Shown here one piece after another: positions 37,090 to 49,325 of a stretch of DNA of 64,000 nt. Below the pieces are notes generated by a model. That model saw only the letters and a list, made by a program, of their open reading frames with translations. It was not told the DNA's origin and ran no database searches. Positions within the stretch are counted from its first letter, which is position 1, and each line of letters starts with the position of its first letter. A program made the translations under genes and the position numbers. Origin of the DNA: Stegostoma tigrinum (lineage: Eukaryota); assembly GCF_030684315.1 (NCBI RefSeq), contig NC_081396.1:124001-188000 (forward strand). The letters are read 5' to 3'.

Positions 37090-39000
37090 ATCCCTGACTG
37101 GATGTGGCAGGACTCCAGAGCTGAGCTAAAAGTGCCAAGTGGTACACAGATCTAAGCTCTGCAGTCCAGCCACATCCAGTTAGGAATGGTGGTGGAAATT
37201 AAACAGCTCACTGGAGGAGGAAGCTCCCCAAATAGCCCCCTCCTCGAGGATGGACAAGCCAGAACGTCAGTGCAAAAGATAAGGCAAAACTTTTTGTAGC
37301 AATCTTCAGCCAGAAGTGCCGAGTGGATGATCCATCGCAGCCTCCTCCAGTGGACCCCAGCATCACAGATACCAGTCTTCAGCCAATTTGACTCACTCCA
37401 CATGATATCAAGAAACAGCTGGAGGCACCAGATACTGCAAAAGCTATGGGCCCTGACAATATTCTGGCAAAGACTTGTGTTCCAGAACTTGCTGCTCCCC
37501 TAGCCAAGGCATTCCAGTACACTGGTGTCTACCCGACAATGTGGAAAATCATCCAAGTTGTGTCTTGTACACAGAAAAGCAGGGCAAATCCAACCCGGCC
37601 AATTACTGCCCCTTCAGTCTATTCCTGATTGTCAGGAAAGTGATGGAAGGTGTTACGAAGCAGCAGCTGCTCAGTGACACCTAGTTTGGGTTCTGCCAGG
37701 GCCACTCAGCTCCTGACATTAGTTCAAACGTGGACAAAAGGGCTGAATTCCACACGGGAGGCGAGAGTGACAGCCCTCAACATCAACGCTGTATTCAACC
37801 ATGTGTGGCATCAAGGAGCCCCAGCAAAAATGGAATCTGGAGGCAAGCCCTCCGGTGTTTGGAGTCACACCTGACACATAGGAAGATGGTTGTGGTTGTT
37901 GGAGGTCAGTCATCTCAGCTCCAGGACATCTCTGCAGGAGTTTCTGACGGTAGTATCCTAGTCCCAGCCATCTTCAGCTGCTTCATCAATGACCTACCTT
38001 CCATCATAAGGTCAGAAGTGGGGATATTCGACAATGATTGCACAATGTTCAGCTCCATTTGTGATTCCTCGGATACTGAAGCAATCCATGTTCAAATGCT
38101 ACAAGATCTGGACAATATCCAGACATGGGCTGAGAAGTAGCAAGTGACACTGTCACTGCACAAATCTCACTCATTGACCATCTTCAACAACACTTTGTCT
38201 TCACATTCAATATTACCATCCTCCTAACTCCCCAAAGCGTGTCCCACCATCGACAAGGCAGGAGGATGGTAATGGGATCCCCCCAACTATCAACACCCTG
38301 GGGTTTACCATTCAGAATCTAACCCTTGCCCACATGACATTCAATGGTGTTATCACCACTGAATCCCACCACCCTGCACCCCATCAACATCCTGGGGGGG
38401 TTACCACTGACCACAAACTGACGCAGACCCAGCCACATAAACAAAGTGGCTACAGCAGCAGGTCAGAGGCTGGGAATCGTGCAGCGAGTAACTCACCTCC
38501 TGACTCCGCAAAGCCCTGTCCCACCATCGACAAGGCACAAGGCAGGAGGGGGAGGGAACACTCCCCACTTGTGTGGATAGGGGCAGCTCCAACAGTACTC
38601 GAGAAGCTTGACAATATTTAGGACACAGCAGCTTGCTTGATTGACACCACATTCACAATCACCCGCTCCCTCTACCACCGATGCTCAGTAACAGCAGTGT
38701 ATACCATCTACAAGATGCACCGCAGAAACTCACCAAAGATCCTCAGACAGCACCTTCCAAACCCTAAGGCCGCTTCCATCGGGAAGGACAAGGGCAGCCC
38801 ACACATGGGAACGCCAACCTCCAAGCCGCTCACCATCCTGACTTGGAAACATACCGTATCACTGTTCATTCAGTGTCGCTGCATCAAAATCTTGGAATTC
38901 CCTCCCTGACACAAAATGGATGACTGTTTAAGGGTCGACTAACGTCAGGCAATAAATATTGGCCCAGGCAGCAATGCCTCGGTCCCCAAAATGAATTAAA
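37090..39000 (+). mobile_element. Family B LINE, RT region to 3' tail, degenerate
   Basis: KAMGPDNI, SNPANYCPFSL, ALNINAVFNHVWHQG, AGVSDGSILVPAIFSCFINDLPS, FDNDCT; tail ggcaataaatattggcc. Confidence 0.88.
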
Positions 39001-39722
39001 AAATGCAAATTGTAATAGATGGGATCTTTTCTTTTTTGGGACAACAACTTGTAAGTTAGACTGATACATCTGGAATAAACGGGGTATTTTTCACTTTGAA
39101 ATCAAGTCATAATATTACCAAGCAGGCAATACAATTTGATTTTGGGCTCTTTTGGTGCACTGGTTGTGCCCCTACCTCTGAGCTGGAAGGCCTGGGCTGA
39201 AGTTCTACCTGTTCCAGAGAAGCCTCACATCATGTCTGAAAGCTTGATGGAAAAGCATTGACAGTGTTGCGCTTTGAAGCATTAACAGGGAGAATTCAGA
39301 GACTGAGCATCACTTGATGGTCTTTTGAGTTTAGGAAATTTCACCAGACAATAGCCCTCTGGTTGGGCTGAACTACAGGACATTAAAATGCCAAATGTTT
39401 CAGGAACAGCAGTCGAGAAGAAACCTTCAGAGCCTGTAGGCAGAAAGCATCTATCTCTCTCCTCCTCTTCTCCCTCCCTGCGTGGAGAAAAAAAAACAAA
39501 AACAAACCTTAAAAGAATGAGTCACAAAATGAGCAACACTGAAATTCATCTCACCAACCACTGGATCAAAAATTGGCTGTCACCCTACAATGCAACTGCA
39601 CATCATCATTGCAAAGAAAAACCACAAGGACACAGAGAAATTAACTCTTTACTTTGTAGTGCTGGCCTCTGACCTTCAGAATCTTGTTTGATCTCTCAAT
39701 ATTTTAACACCCACAGTGTATG

Positions 39723-40461
39723 TGTTAAACCGTTGAGATGTTATTGGGATAACATCCCATTGATTTCTATATTTCTATAAATCAATGTCCTTTATCTGCC
39801 TACACATAAGTATGCAGACACTGCCTTAAAACTTCCTGCCCAACTAGAATTAGGTGTAAAACTTTGTAACTCCTTATCTTCCTACAGATCAGTATGCAGA
39901 CACTGCCTTAAGCTTCCTGGCTGAATAAAATTAGAGTTAAACTGTCTCAAATAAGGTTAAGTGAGGAATATTTTTAAAAGGTGTGAGACTTCTGATGTAA
40001 CTTCTGTCCCTGACAAAGGGGCCAGGGCACTGACTTTGTTCAAGCCAGACACATCGGCAACTTGAAATTACAATCTGTCTTGTTAACAACTTGAAATTGC
40101 CTCCTGCCATGAGCAGCCATTTCACGAACGATCGATACTATATCCTAGTCTTTTATGTTCTTGATGTAATAATTATTTTGTATCCTGTCTTCGTCTGTTG
40201 TAATAATTGTTTCATGTATCATGTTATTGTGAGATGTGAAATTGTTTTATGTATTATGTACTTAGTAAAGTATAAAAAGTGCGGACTGTCCGCTGCTCAG
40301 GGAGAATTACTTACGAGACTCTGCACTCTGTGCCGGGTGAAGTACGGTGATTCTTCACAGCTTGTACTTGCTCTGTAATAAAAGGATTTGTGTTTTTCTA
40401 AACAGGTCAGTGTCTTGTTATTGCATCAAGTCCATGAGGGTCTCTGAAAACGAACCTAACA
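39723..40461 (+). mobile_element. Solo LTR
   Basis: TGTTA...TAACA inverted termini; duplicated enhancer-like block (gtatgcagacactgccttaa twice); TATAAAA at 40271; AATAAA at about 40377; TSD not clean (gtatg/ccatg). Confidence 0.75.
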
Positions 40462-41487
40462 CCATGTGTCTTTTTTCTTGTCTTAATCATGATTGAGTGT
40501 GCATGTGTGTATGTATCTGGGGCTTTGGAAGGATATTATTGTTTAAGGGACATAGTGACAGATTGAGAATCCTTTCAGCTCATGCTCTTGTTTAAGATTA
40601 AGAGAGGGATAATATTATTTATTTTTCTATTCCTAACAAAACCTGGTGTGAATTGCTTTTGTCTTCAGTAGCAGTAGACCAGGCAAATGAGTCATTTGGA
40701 TGGTCTGACTGGGGTTTTATACAATCTGTGGCAGTTTACACAACAGTGGGGCACAATTATCAGCTCACTCCAAGTCGTTACTATATATATGCCAGTAAAT
40801 AAAGAACTATGGAGGCTGGAAATCTTAAACAAAAGCAGAAATAGCCAGAATGACTCGGCAGGCTGGTGACATCGGTGGAGAGAAAGCACAGTCAACAGCG
40901 ACCCTTCTTCAGCACGAAATGGCAAAGGTGGTATATAAATTGAAAATGGTGGTGGGAGAGTAAAAAGAAGGTGGGGACGGAGCCCAAAGAGAGAGACCAC
41001 GTGGGGGGTGGGGGGGAGAAAAAGAAAGCGAGAGCAAGAGCTTGCAGGGTATGGGGGGGGCGGTGGGAAGAGAGGAAGGGAGAGAGAAAGAAGAGCAGTT
41101 GTTGGGCCAATGAAGGAATGTATAATGGGAGAAAAGAAAGCTGCTGATGAAGACTGTCAGTGGATAAAATAACTTGGCTGTTGGTAAAAGCAGCCCGAGT
41201 GATGACAAGACCTGGTGAGTGGGAACAGGAGAAGGAGATACCAAGGGTCCTGGGCAGTTTTGAAACACAAAGGATAAAGTGCTCACCAACTGGCCTTGAA
41301 CTAACATATAATCATCAGCTGTACACTCATTCCATTTGGTTTTAGGAATTTCTGCCAGGCCCTACAAGACAATATGCTGTTTATACAGAGTACAGGTTTT
41401 GCCTGAAATCGTGTTATTACGATGACCATAAATAAAGATACGTATCAGAGATAATAGGAGCTACTAATGGGAACTCCTCATGCAGAT

Positions 41488-42228
41488 GGCCTCTCCATTG
41501 GGGAAACCAAGCGGAGGCTTGGGGACCGCTTTGCAGAACACCTCCGCTCAGTTCGCAATAAACAACTGCACCTCCCAGTTGTGAACCACTTCAACTCCCC
41601 CTCCCATTCTCTAGATGACATGTCCATCATGGGCCTCCTGCAGTGCCTCAATGATGCCACCCGAAGGTTGCAGGAACAGCAACTCATATTCCGTTTGGGA
41701 ACCCTACAGCCTAATGGTATCAATGTGGACTTCACCAGCTTCAAAATCTCCCCTTCCCCCACCGCATCCCTAAACCAGCCCAGTTCGTCCCCTCCACCCA
41801 CTGCATCCCAAAACCAGCCCAGCCTGCCTCTGCCTCCCTAACCTGTTCTTCCTCTCACCCATCCCTTCCTCCCACCCCAAGCCGCAACCTTCGGGTGGCA
41901 TCATTGAGGCACTGCAGGAGGCCCATGGTGGACATGTCGTCTGAAGAATCTCTAATTCTATTCAGGCAGGAAGCATAAGGCAATGTCTGCATACCGATCT
42001 GTAGGAAGATAAGGAGTTACAAAGTTTTACACCTAATTCTAGTTGGGCAGGAAGTTTTAAGGCAGTGTCTGCATACTTATGTGTAATCAGATAAAGGACA
42101 TTGATTAAGGGTCTAGGCCCGAAACGTCAGCTTTTGTGCTCCTGAGATGCTGCTCGGCCTGCTGTGTTCATCCAGCCTCACACTTTATTATCTTGGATTC
42201 TCCAGCATCTGCAGTTCCCATTATCTCG
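41488..42228 (+). mobile_element. Rearranged Penelope 3' fragment (GIY-YIG endonuclease C-terminus and 3' end)
   Basis: IGETKRRLGDRFAEHLRSV...HFNSPSHS...EQQLIFRLGTLQPNGINVDF; ends tctccagcatctgcagttcccattatctc. Confidence 0.9.
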
Positions 42229-42359
42229 GACACAATGAGGATCAGTAACTTGCTTGTAATGGGAGTAGGAGCACGGTGACCCTCCCCTAGAGGCTGGGAT
42301 GGGGGACGGGGGTGTGGGGGGCGCAGAGAGGACACTGCAACATTGAGTGTGAGGGGCAG

Positions 42360-43590
42360 GAGCAAGATCATGTGACATTTCCCCCCAATCACAATGGAGG
42401 AACTGCGCCTGCGCGTCCGGCCCGCCCGCGTATGGATAGACGCATGCGCACTGGCACTCCGCCACTGAATCCCATTTATACCTTGATCCTTTTATTTCCC
42501 CTCCTTCCGTCCGCGGTCTCTTTATTCCCTCATTCCCGGTGGAGAGTGAAGGCCGCAGTGTCTATCACCACCGCTCAGATGTTTTTAGTGGAGGACGCTT
42601 CTCCCCTCCCCCCCAATCCGCCACCGCTTCGACCGTTAGCGCGTTGACGTCACTTCGCGCCGTTGACGGCCCCTTCCTCGGCGTTCATTGGCGCGCTCCT
42701 CCATCCAATGATAGAACGTCGCGGCCAATCACGCTGATGGGCGTGGCCATTTTGTGTTGGACCGAGTGTGTGACCAATAAACTGGCAGAACCGTCAGCGG
42801 ATTGCGCGTGACGTGATCCGACACCCCACCACTGGCGACAGGTACGGCGCGAGCAGGGCGGGGATTGCATGATTGATGGGAACTGTGACCGCTCATTGAC
42901 GGACTCGCCTTCCGCCCACTCTACGCCCGCGGTACGTCACGGAGGTTCGTCCTACCAATGGCATGGCGCCGCTCGAAGGCGGTGCCGTTTCCGATTGGAC
43001 TGGTGGTTGAATGGTACGCCCGCACCAACCAGTCGTTTGCCCGGATCTGCAGTGCGGACGCTCCAATCATTGGTTCACAGGGGCGGGCTGTCCCTGTGGT
43101 TGGTTGTTCGTTTCGAAACTTCCGTTGGGGAATGGGGGGGTCAATGGTTTGATTGACGTGCTGTCTGTCCATTTGGAATCTCATGTCACCGGCCTTGTGT
43201 CTTCTGGACCAATGGTGGATCGTGAGGCGCGGTTGTGGGTGGGAACTATTCCCCGAATGACGTCGGGGCCTGACCAATGGGAATTGGCAGCCGTCCGCCC
43301 CCCCCCCCGCCATTGACGTACGGAACCTTCGCACCTGTGAGCGGTTCTCCTTATGATCGACGTGCGGCCTGACCATTTAGAAACCGGAGCCTGGCGAGGC
43401 GGAGCCAGCAGCCGCATTCGCACCTCCAGCCAATGGTGGGAGTGGGCGCCGCCGCGTGGGCGGGCGCCTTTGTGACCGACGTGTGTTGCAACCAGTGGGG
43501 TGTGTCGACGTCACCGGGTTTCCAGCGGACCCGGGTCGGTCCTCCAACCAATGGCGGCGGATGTGAGGGGCGGGCTTTGGGCTGCAGAGC
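42360..43590. promoter_or_regulatory. Large CpG-island promoter, probably bidirectional; candidate promoter of ZNF-4
   Basis: NRF1 ACGCATGCGCA 42440-42450; TGACGTCA 42645-42652 plus several TGACGT half-sites; about 14 CCAAT/ATTGG; plus-strand donor CAG|GTACGG at 42841/42842; YY1-like ATGGCGGC near 43551. Confidence 0.75.
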
Positions 43591-45367
43591 CTGTCTGCTT
43601 GCAGGCCCCTTGTTGCAATCTGACTCCTGGGGTTTGCATTGTCCGGGTTTGCCAAGAAAAAAAGAGAAGCCCCGAGGAAGGGAAAGGGTGCTGTGATGCG
43701 TGCATCTGCCTGTTTCTTCATTGATGCATGTGCCTTCCCCCTTTTTGTTGCTTTTATTTGGGTTTGCACGAGCAGCTATTAGCAACAGGGGCATCAGAGG
43801 TGCCCTCCCCCCAGGCAAGCCATCCACCCAGTGCATGAGGGCGGCCTGGCACATCCCAATGCCTTTTGTGACAGTTTAAGTGGAACCCTGCCTCCTGCCC
43901 AGCAACAAAGACCTGGAGTGTGGGCAAGCCAACCAGCCTTAAAGGGACAGACAGCAGAGCGCCTCCTGCTGCTCCATGTGAGTATCTTGTGGGTGTGGAG
44001 GGGTGGGAAACAGCTTTGCAATCCCCCCCCACCCCCCCAAATGTACGTGCACAGGCACTGTGGGAGACAACCCCTCCCTCACGAGGGGAGGGCACCTCAG
44101 CTCCAGCCTCTGGACAGGGGACAGTGCCCGGGCCATCTGGCGCAGGCTGGGCGAAGCAGAGCCCGGCCCGTGGGATGGGGGCGGGGGTATGGAGGGTGGA
44201 GTGGTGGGCTGGGCACGGGAGGGGATGATGCTGAGTGGCCTGCTCCCACTCGCCGTGCGTCGTTCCCTCAGGTGGGTCTGCGGGTCGTCAGCCGGGACGC
44301 CTGGCGGTGGGGTAAAAACGGGAGATCCCAGGCACGAACGAAACGGGCTGTGCTGCCTGGATTGTCAAAGTCGAAAATGCTCGCGCAGGGATTTCAAGTG
44401 AAGCCAGGACTTCAGGTCAGGCAGGTGGAAGGAAACTGTTTGAACTTGTTGGGTGAGCGGTGAAGGTCTTTTAACAGAAGTTTCTAGTGCAGCAGTTTGA
44501 TTGCAATTTTCCAAACTCCCCTAGACTCAAGGACAGCCCCGTTGTATTGCAAAATAGTGGACATAAATCTTTTTATTCACACCAGGTAAGGAGGGAGACA
44601 GAAAATTGGAAAGCACAAGCCAGATGCCTTAACACCTGTCCCGGAAACATAGAAAATAGGAGCGGGGGAGGCCATTCAACCCATCGAGCTTGCTGTTGCA
44701 TTCAGTCACATCCTGCTTGATCATTAACTCAGTCCCGAGTTCCCTGCTTTCTCCCACCCCCTGCATACACTTTAATCACAGCCAGAAGGAAGTGGTCAGA
44801 AACTATTATTAAAGATACATGTGTTCCTTACATCAGGGGGACTCAGAAAAGTGCCTGATTATTGGGCAAAGGCATTGAAGTTTTATGAAAGAGAAGTCGT
44901 GTTTAACCAATATGTTGGAGTTCCTTGAGGGAACGACAAATGTGATGACTAATTGGATCCAATCCTTTCTTACGAGAGGAACTGAACATTGAAGGAAGGA
45001 ATTTAAGCTTCTGATATTTGGGGCATTGGTGAGATCACAGCTTGTAAACCGTGTGCGGTTTTGGTCTCCTTACTTAAGGAAAGATATAAAATGCATTGAA
45101 GGTGGTTCCCTGGTGTGAGTGAGTTCTCTCATGAAAATTGAATGGACTGAAATAAAACAAAGAACTGCAAATGCTGGAAATCTGAAACTAAAACAGAAAC
45201 TGCTGGGGAAACCCATCGGGTTTGATAGCGTCTATGATGAGAGAAAAACAGAGTTAATGTTTTGAGTCCAGTGGCCCTTCTAAAGCAGTCATTATTGTAC
45301 AGCATAGAAACAGGCTTTTTGACTCACCATGTGTATGCTGGCCAACAAACACCAAACTACATCGTAC

Positions 45368-45900
45368 AGGTTGCAGGAACAGCAACTCATATTCCGCCTG
45401 GGAACCCTGCAGCCTAATGGTATCAATGTGGACTTCACCAGTTTCAAAATCTCCCCTTCCCCTACTGCATCCCTAAACCAGCCCAGTTCGTCCCCTCCAC
45501 CCACTGCACCACACAACCAGCCCAGCTCTTCCCCTCCACCCACTGCATCCCAAAACCAGTCCAACCTGTCTCTGCCTCTCTAACCTGTTCTTCCTCTCAC
45601 CCATCCCTTCCTCCCACCCCAAGCCGCACCCCCAGCTACCTACTAACCTCATCCCACCTCCTTGACCTGTCCGTCTTCCCTGGACTGACCTATCCCCTCC
45701 CTACCTCCCCACCTATACTCTCCTCTCCACCTATCTTCTTTACTCTCCATCTTCGGTCCGCCTCCCCGTCTCTCCCTATTTATTCCAGAACCATCACCCC
45801 ATCCCCCTCTCTGATGAAGGGTCTAGGCCCGAAACGTCAGCTTTTGTGCTCCTGAGATGCTGCTTGGCCTGCTGTGTTCATCCAGCCTCACATTTTATTA
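45368..45900 (+). mobile_element. Penelope 3' fragment
   Basis: RLQEQQLIFRLGTLQPNGINVDFTSFKISP followed by pyrimidine-rich 3' region and terminus. Confidence 0.9.
45807..45841 (+). ncRNA. Minimal hammerhead ribozyme motif (Penelope-associated)
   Basis: CUGAUGA 45811-45817, stem GGG..CCC, GAAACGUC 45831-45838. Confidence 0.7.
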
Positions 45901-46467
45901 CCAAACCACATCATTCCCTTTTGCCTGCTCTTGGTCCACAGTATTTTAAATCTAGTCCAGATGCGAGGGTCCCTGCCTCCACCACCCTCTTGGGCAGAAC
46001 ATGCCATATTTCTACCACTCTCTGGGTGTAAAATTTCCTTTCTTTGATCTCCTCTAAATGGTTTGCTTCTCACCTTACACTGAGGCAGCCTGGATCACGA
46101 TTCACCGTATTGTTGGCCCCTCATGATCAAATAGATTCCCCTGCCTCTGCTCCAGGGAATACTAACCCAGCCTTATCCAGTCTCTGCTCACAACATTTTC
46201 ATCTCCGGCACATCCTGGCGAATCACCTCCGCGCATTCTCCAGTGCAGTCACACTTGCAATAGTGCAGCGACCAGGACCGCACGCAGCATTCTATCTGCG
46301 GCCTCACCAATATTTCATAAGGTTTTAACTAGATTTCTTTGCTCCTATAATGTATGCCTTGGCTAATGAAAGCTAGCATCCCACATGCCTTCTTCACCAC
46401 CCAGTGCTGACATCTCCAGCCCCAAATGCTATATCCAGCTCCTTCTCGAAAACATTCTATATTTCCG

Positions 46468-46752
46468 GCCATCCCGCCTCCTTGACCTGTCCGTCTTCCC
46501 TGGACTGACCTATCCCCTTCCCGCCTATATTCTCCTCTCTACCTATCTTCTTTTCTCTCCATCTTCGGTCGCCTCCCCCTCTCTCCCTATTTATTCCAGA
46601 ACCCTCACCTCACCCCATCCCCGCTGTCTGATGGGTCTAGGCCCAAAACGTCAGCTTTTGTGCTCCTGAGATGCTGCTTGTCCTGCTGTGTTCATCCAGC
46701 TCCACACTTTGTTATCTCGGATTCTCCAGCATCTGCAGTTCCCATTATCTCT
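46468..46752 (+). mobile_element. Penelope 3' terminus, degenerate
   Basis: Aligns by eye to 45650-45900 and ends catctgcagttcccattatctc; hammerhead core mutated. Confidence 0.85.
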
Positions 46753-47049
46753 GACCACAATGTTTCAGGCCTGACTGCCTTCTCTGACAGGGAATCCCCA
46801 CAGGCTGCCCCCCCCCACCCACCAACCATTCTCTGGATGAAGCTATTTCTCCTCAGGTCTGCCTGAAATGGGTTACCCCATATTGTCGCCCCGTGTTCTG
46901 TTCCACCGGCACACCCCCCCCCCCCCCCCCCCAAAACACTCCTACGTTGGGAATGTGCTTCTTGTGTTTACCAGCTGTTGTCCTGTTGGAAGTTTATAGA
47001 TTTCTATGCGATCCTACTCCCCCCTCTCATTTCCCTGTCACAAGTAGAT

Positions 47050-48540
47050 TATTTACTTGAGGGATGTGGGAGTCACTGGCTGGGCCCAGCAATTATCACC
47101 CCCATCCCTAGTTTCTCCCCACCTTGACAAGGTGGGGGTGAGCTGCCTTCTTGAGCCGCTGCAGTCCATGTGCCGTAGAGGGGAGACATACACCATCCCT
47201 TAGGGAGGGAATTCCAGGGATTCGGACCCAGCCCCACTCAGGGATCGGCCGATATATTCCCAAGTTGGGATGGGGAGTGGCTCAGAGTGGGGAAAGCATG
47301 CAGGTAGGGCGCTGGTATTCCCATGTACCTGCTGCCCCTTGTCCTTCTGTAGGTTTGGAAGGTGCTGTCTGAGGAATCTTGCTGAGTCCCTGCAGGGCAT
47401 CTTGTAGCTGGTACACACTGCTGCAGCTGAGCATCGGTGGTGGGCGAGTGGATGTCTGGATGTGATGCCACTCGAGCGGGGGGCTGCTTTTTCCAGGATG
47501 GAGTTGAACTTGTCAAGTTTTGTCGGAGCTGCCCCCCGATCCAGGGCAAATGGGGATTATCCCCTCCCACTCCTGCCTTGTGCCTTGACGATAGTGGGAC
47601 AGGCTTTGGGAGGCAGGGGAAATCGGGAGCGGGGTTAGTCGCTGCAGGATTCCCAGCCTCTGACCTGCTCCTGTAGCTCCTGTGCTTATGTGGTGAGTCC
47701 AGTTGAAATTCTGGTGTTGATAGTGTGGGGATACAGTGATGGTAACGCATTTGAACCTCAAAGCACGATGGTTACAGTCTCTTTTGTTGAAGATGGTCAT
47801 AGCCTGGTATTTATGTGGCGTGAATGTTACTTGCCACTTGTCAGACCCGAGCCTGGGTATTGTCCAGATCTTGTTGCATGTGAACACGCACTGTTTCAGT
47901 GTGTGAGGGGTCGCGAATGGAGCTGAACATTGTGCAACATCCCCACTTCTGACCTTATGATGGAGGGAAGGTCATCGATGAAGTAGCTGAAGATGGTTTG
48001 GGGGCTGAGGACACGACCCTGAGGGACCCCCGCAGAGATGTCCTGGAGCTGAGATGATTGTCCTCCCAAAACCATCTTCCTATGTGCCAGGTAGTTTTGC
48101 CGGGGCTCCTTGATGCCGCGCTCGGTCGAATGCAGCCTTGATCTCAAGGGCAGTCACTCTCACCTCTGGAATTCACCTTCTTTGTCCTGTTTGAACCAAG
48201 GCTGTCATGAGGTCAGGAGCTGAGTGGCCCTGGCAGAACCCAAACGGGGTGTCACTGAGCAGAGACAGCTTGATAACCCTGTTACTGATACCTTCCGTCA
48301 ATTTACTGATGATTGAGAGGAGACTGGTGGGGTAGGAATCAGTGGATTTGTCCTGCCTTTTGTGTACAGCACATGCCTGGGCAGCTTCCCACATTGTCGG
48401 GCAGATCCCAGTGTTGTACCTGCCCTGGAACAGCTTGGCTAAAGGGAACGACAAGTTTTGGAGCGCAAGTCTTCAGTGCTATTGCGGGAATGTGGTGAGG
48501 GCCTGCGGCCTTTGCAGTATCCAGCACCTCCAACCTTTTA
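47050..48540 (-). mobile_element. Family B LINE, RT region to tail, degenerate
   Basis: SSQLQDISAGVPQGRVLSP..FIDDLPSIIRSEVG; LDTAKAAGP..IALKTCAP. Confidence 0.85.
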
Positions 48541-49124
48541 TTGACACACTGCAGATGCCAGTGTGCGTGCTGTCGCTCTGCACTGCCATGGATATAGGCC
48601 CATCGTGTCCCAATCCAACAGCAGTATGTCCCAGCTTCAGAAAGAGTGAATGGGAGAGCATTAGGCAGAGAAAGGGACAGAAGGCAAGTTCAGCAATTTC
48701 CTGAGCGCACTGTGCTCTATAACCAGTATTCAGACCTGAAAACGGAGTTCTTACGGAGGTGCGGTGGGGGGTTTTGGTCAGGGGGATGCGGAGAGGTTCT
48801 TTTCCCTAGTGGGAGAGTGTAGACCGGGATCGGGCGTCATCTCGGAAGGTCACCCGTTTGGAACAGCGGTGAGGAAAAGTTTATTCTCTTGGGGGTGGCA
48901 TTGTGGAATTCTTTTGCAGTGGAAGCTGGGTCATTTCAGTGTCTTCAGGGCTGAGACGGAGAAGGCTTTTCACTTGGTGAGGCTGGGAGTAGAGGGCTGT
49001 GGGGAGGCTCGGGACAGTGGAGCGGAGTATAAGATCAGCCACGATGTCGTGGACAAGTGGACTCCATAGGCTGAGTGGCCTATGTCTGCTCTTACAGTCG
49101 CAGAGATGGCACATTTCACATTTC

Positions 49125-49325
49125 CCTCCCTGAAGGACATTAGCGAACCAGATGGGTTTTTACAACAATCGGCAATGCATTCATAGTGATTGTTAGACTG
49201 TTAATCCCAGATTTTTAATTGAATCCAAATTCCACCATCAGCCGTGGCGGGATTCGAAACCAGATCATTACTGGGGTGTCTGGATTAATAGTCTTACAGT
49301 GACACCACTAGGCCGTTACCTCCCC
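49125..49325 (-). mobile_element. tRNA-derived SINE copy (5' part)
   Basis: Reverse complement gaggtaacggcctagtggtg...ggtttcgaatcccgccacggc. Confidence 0.75.
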
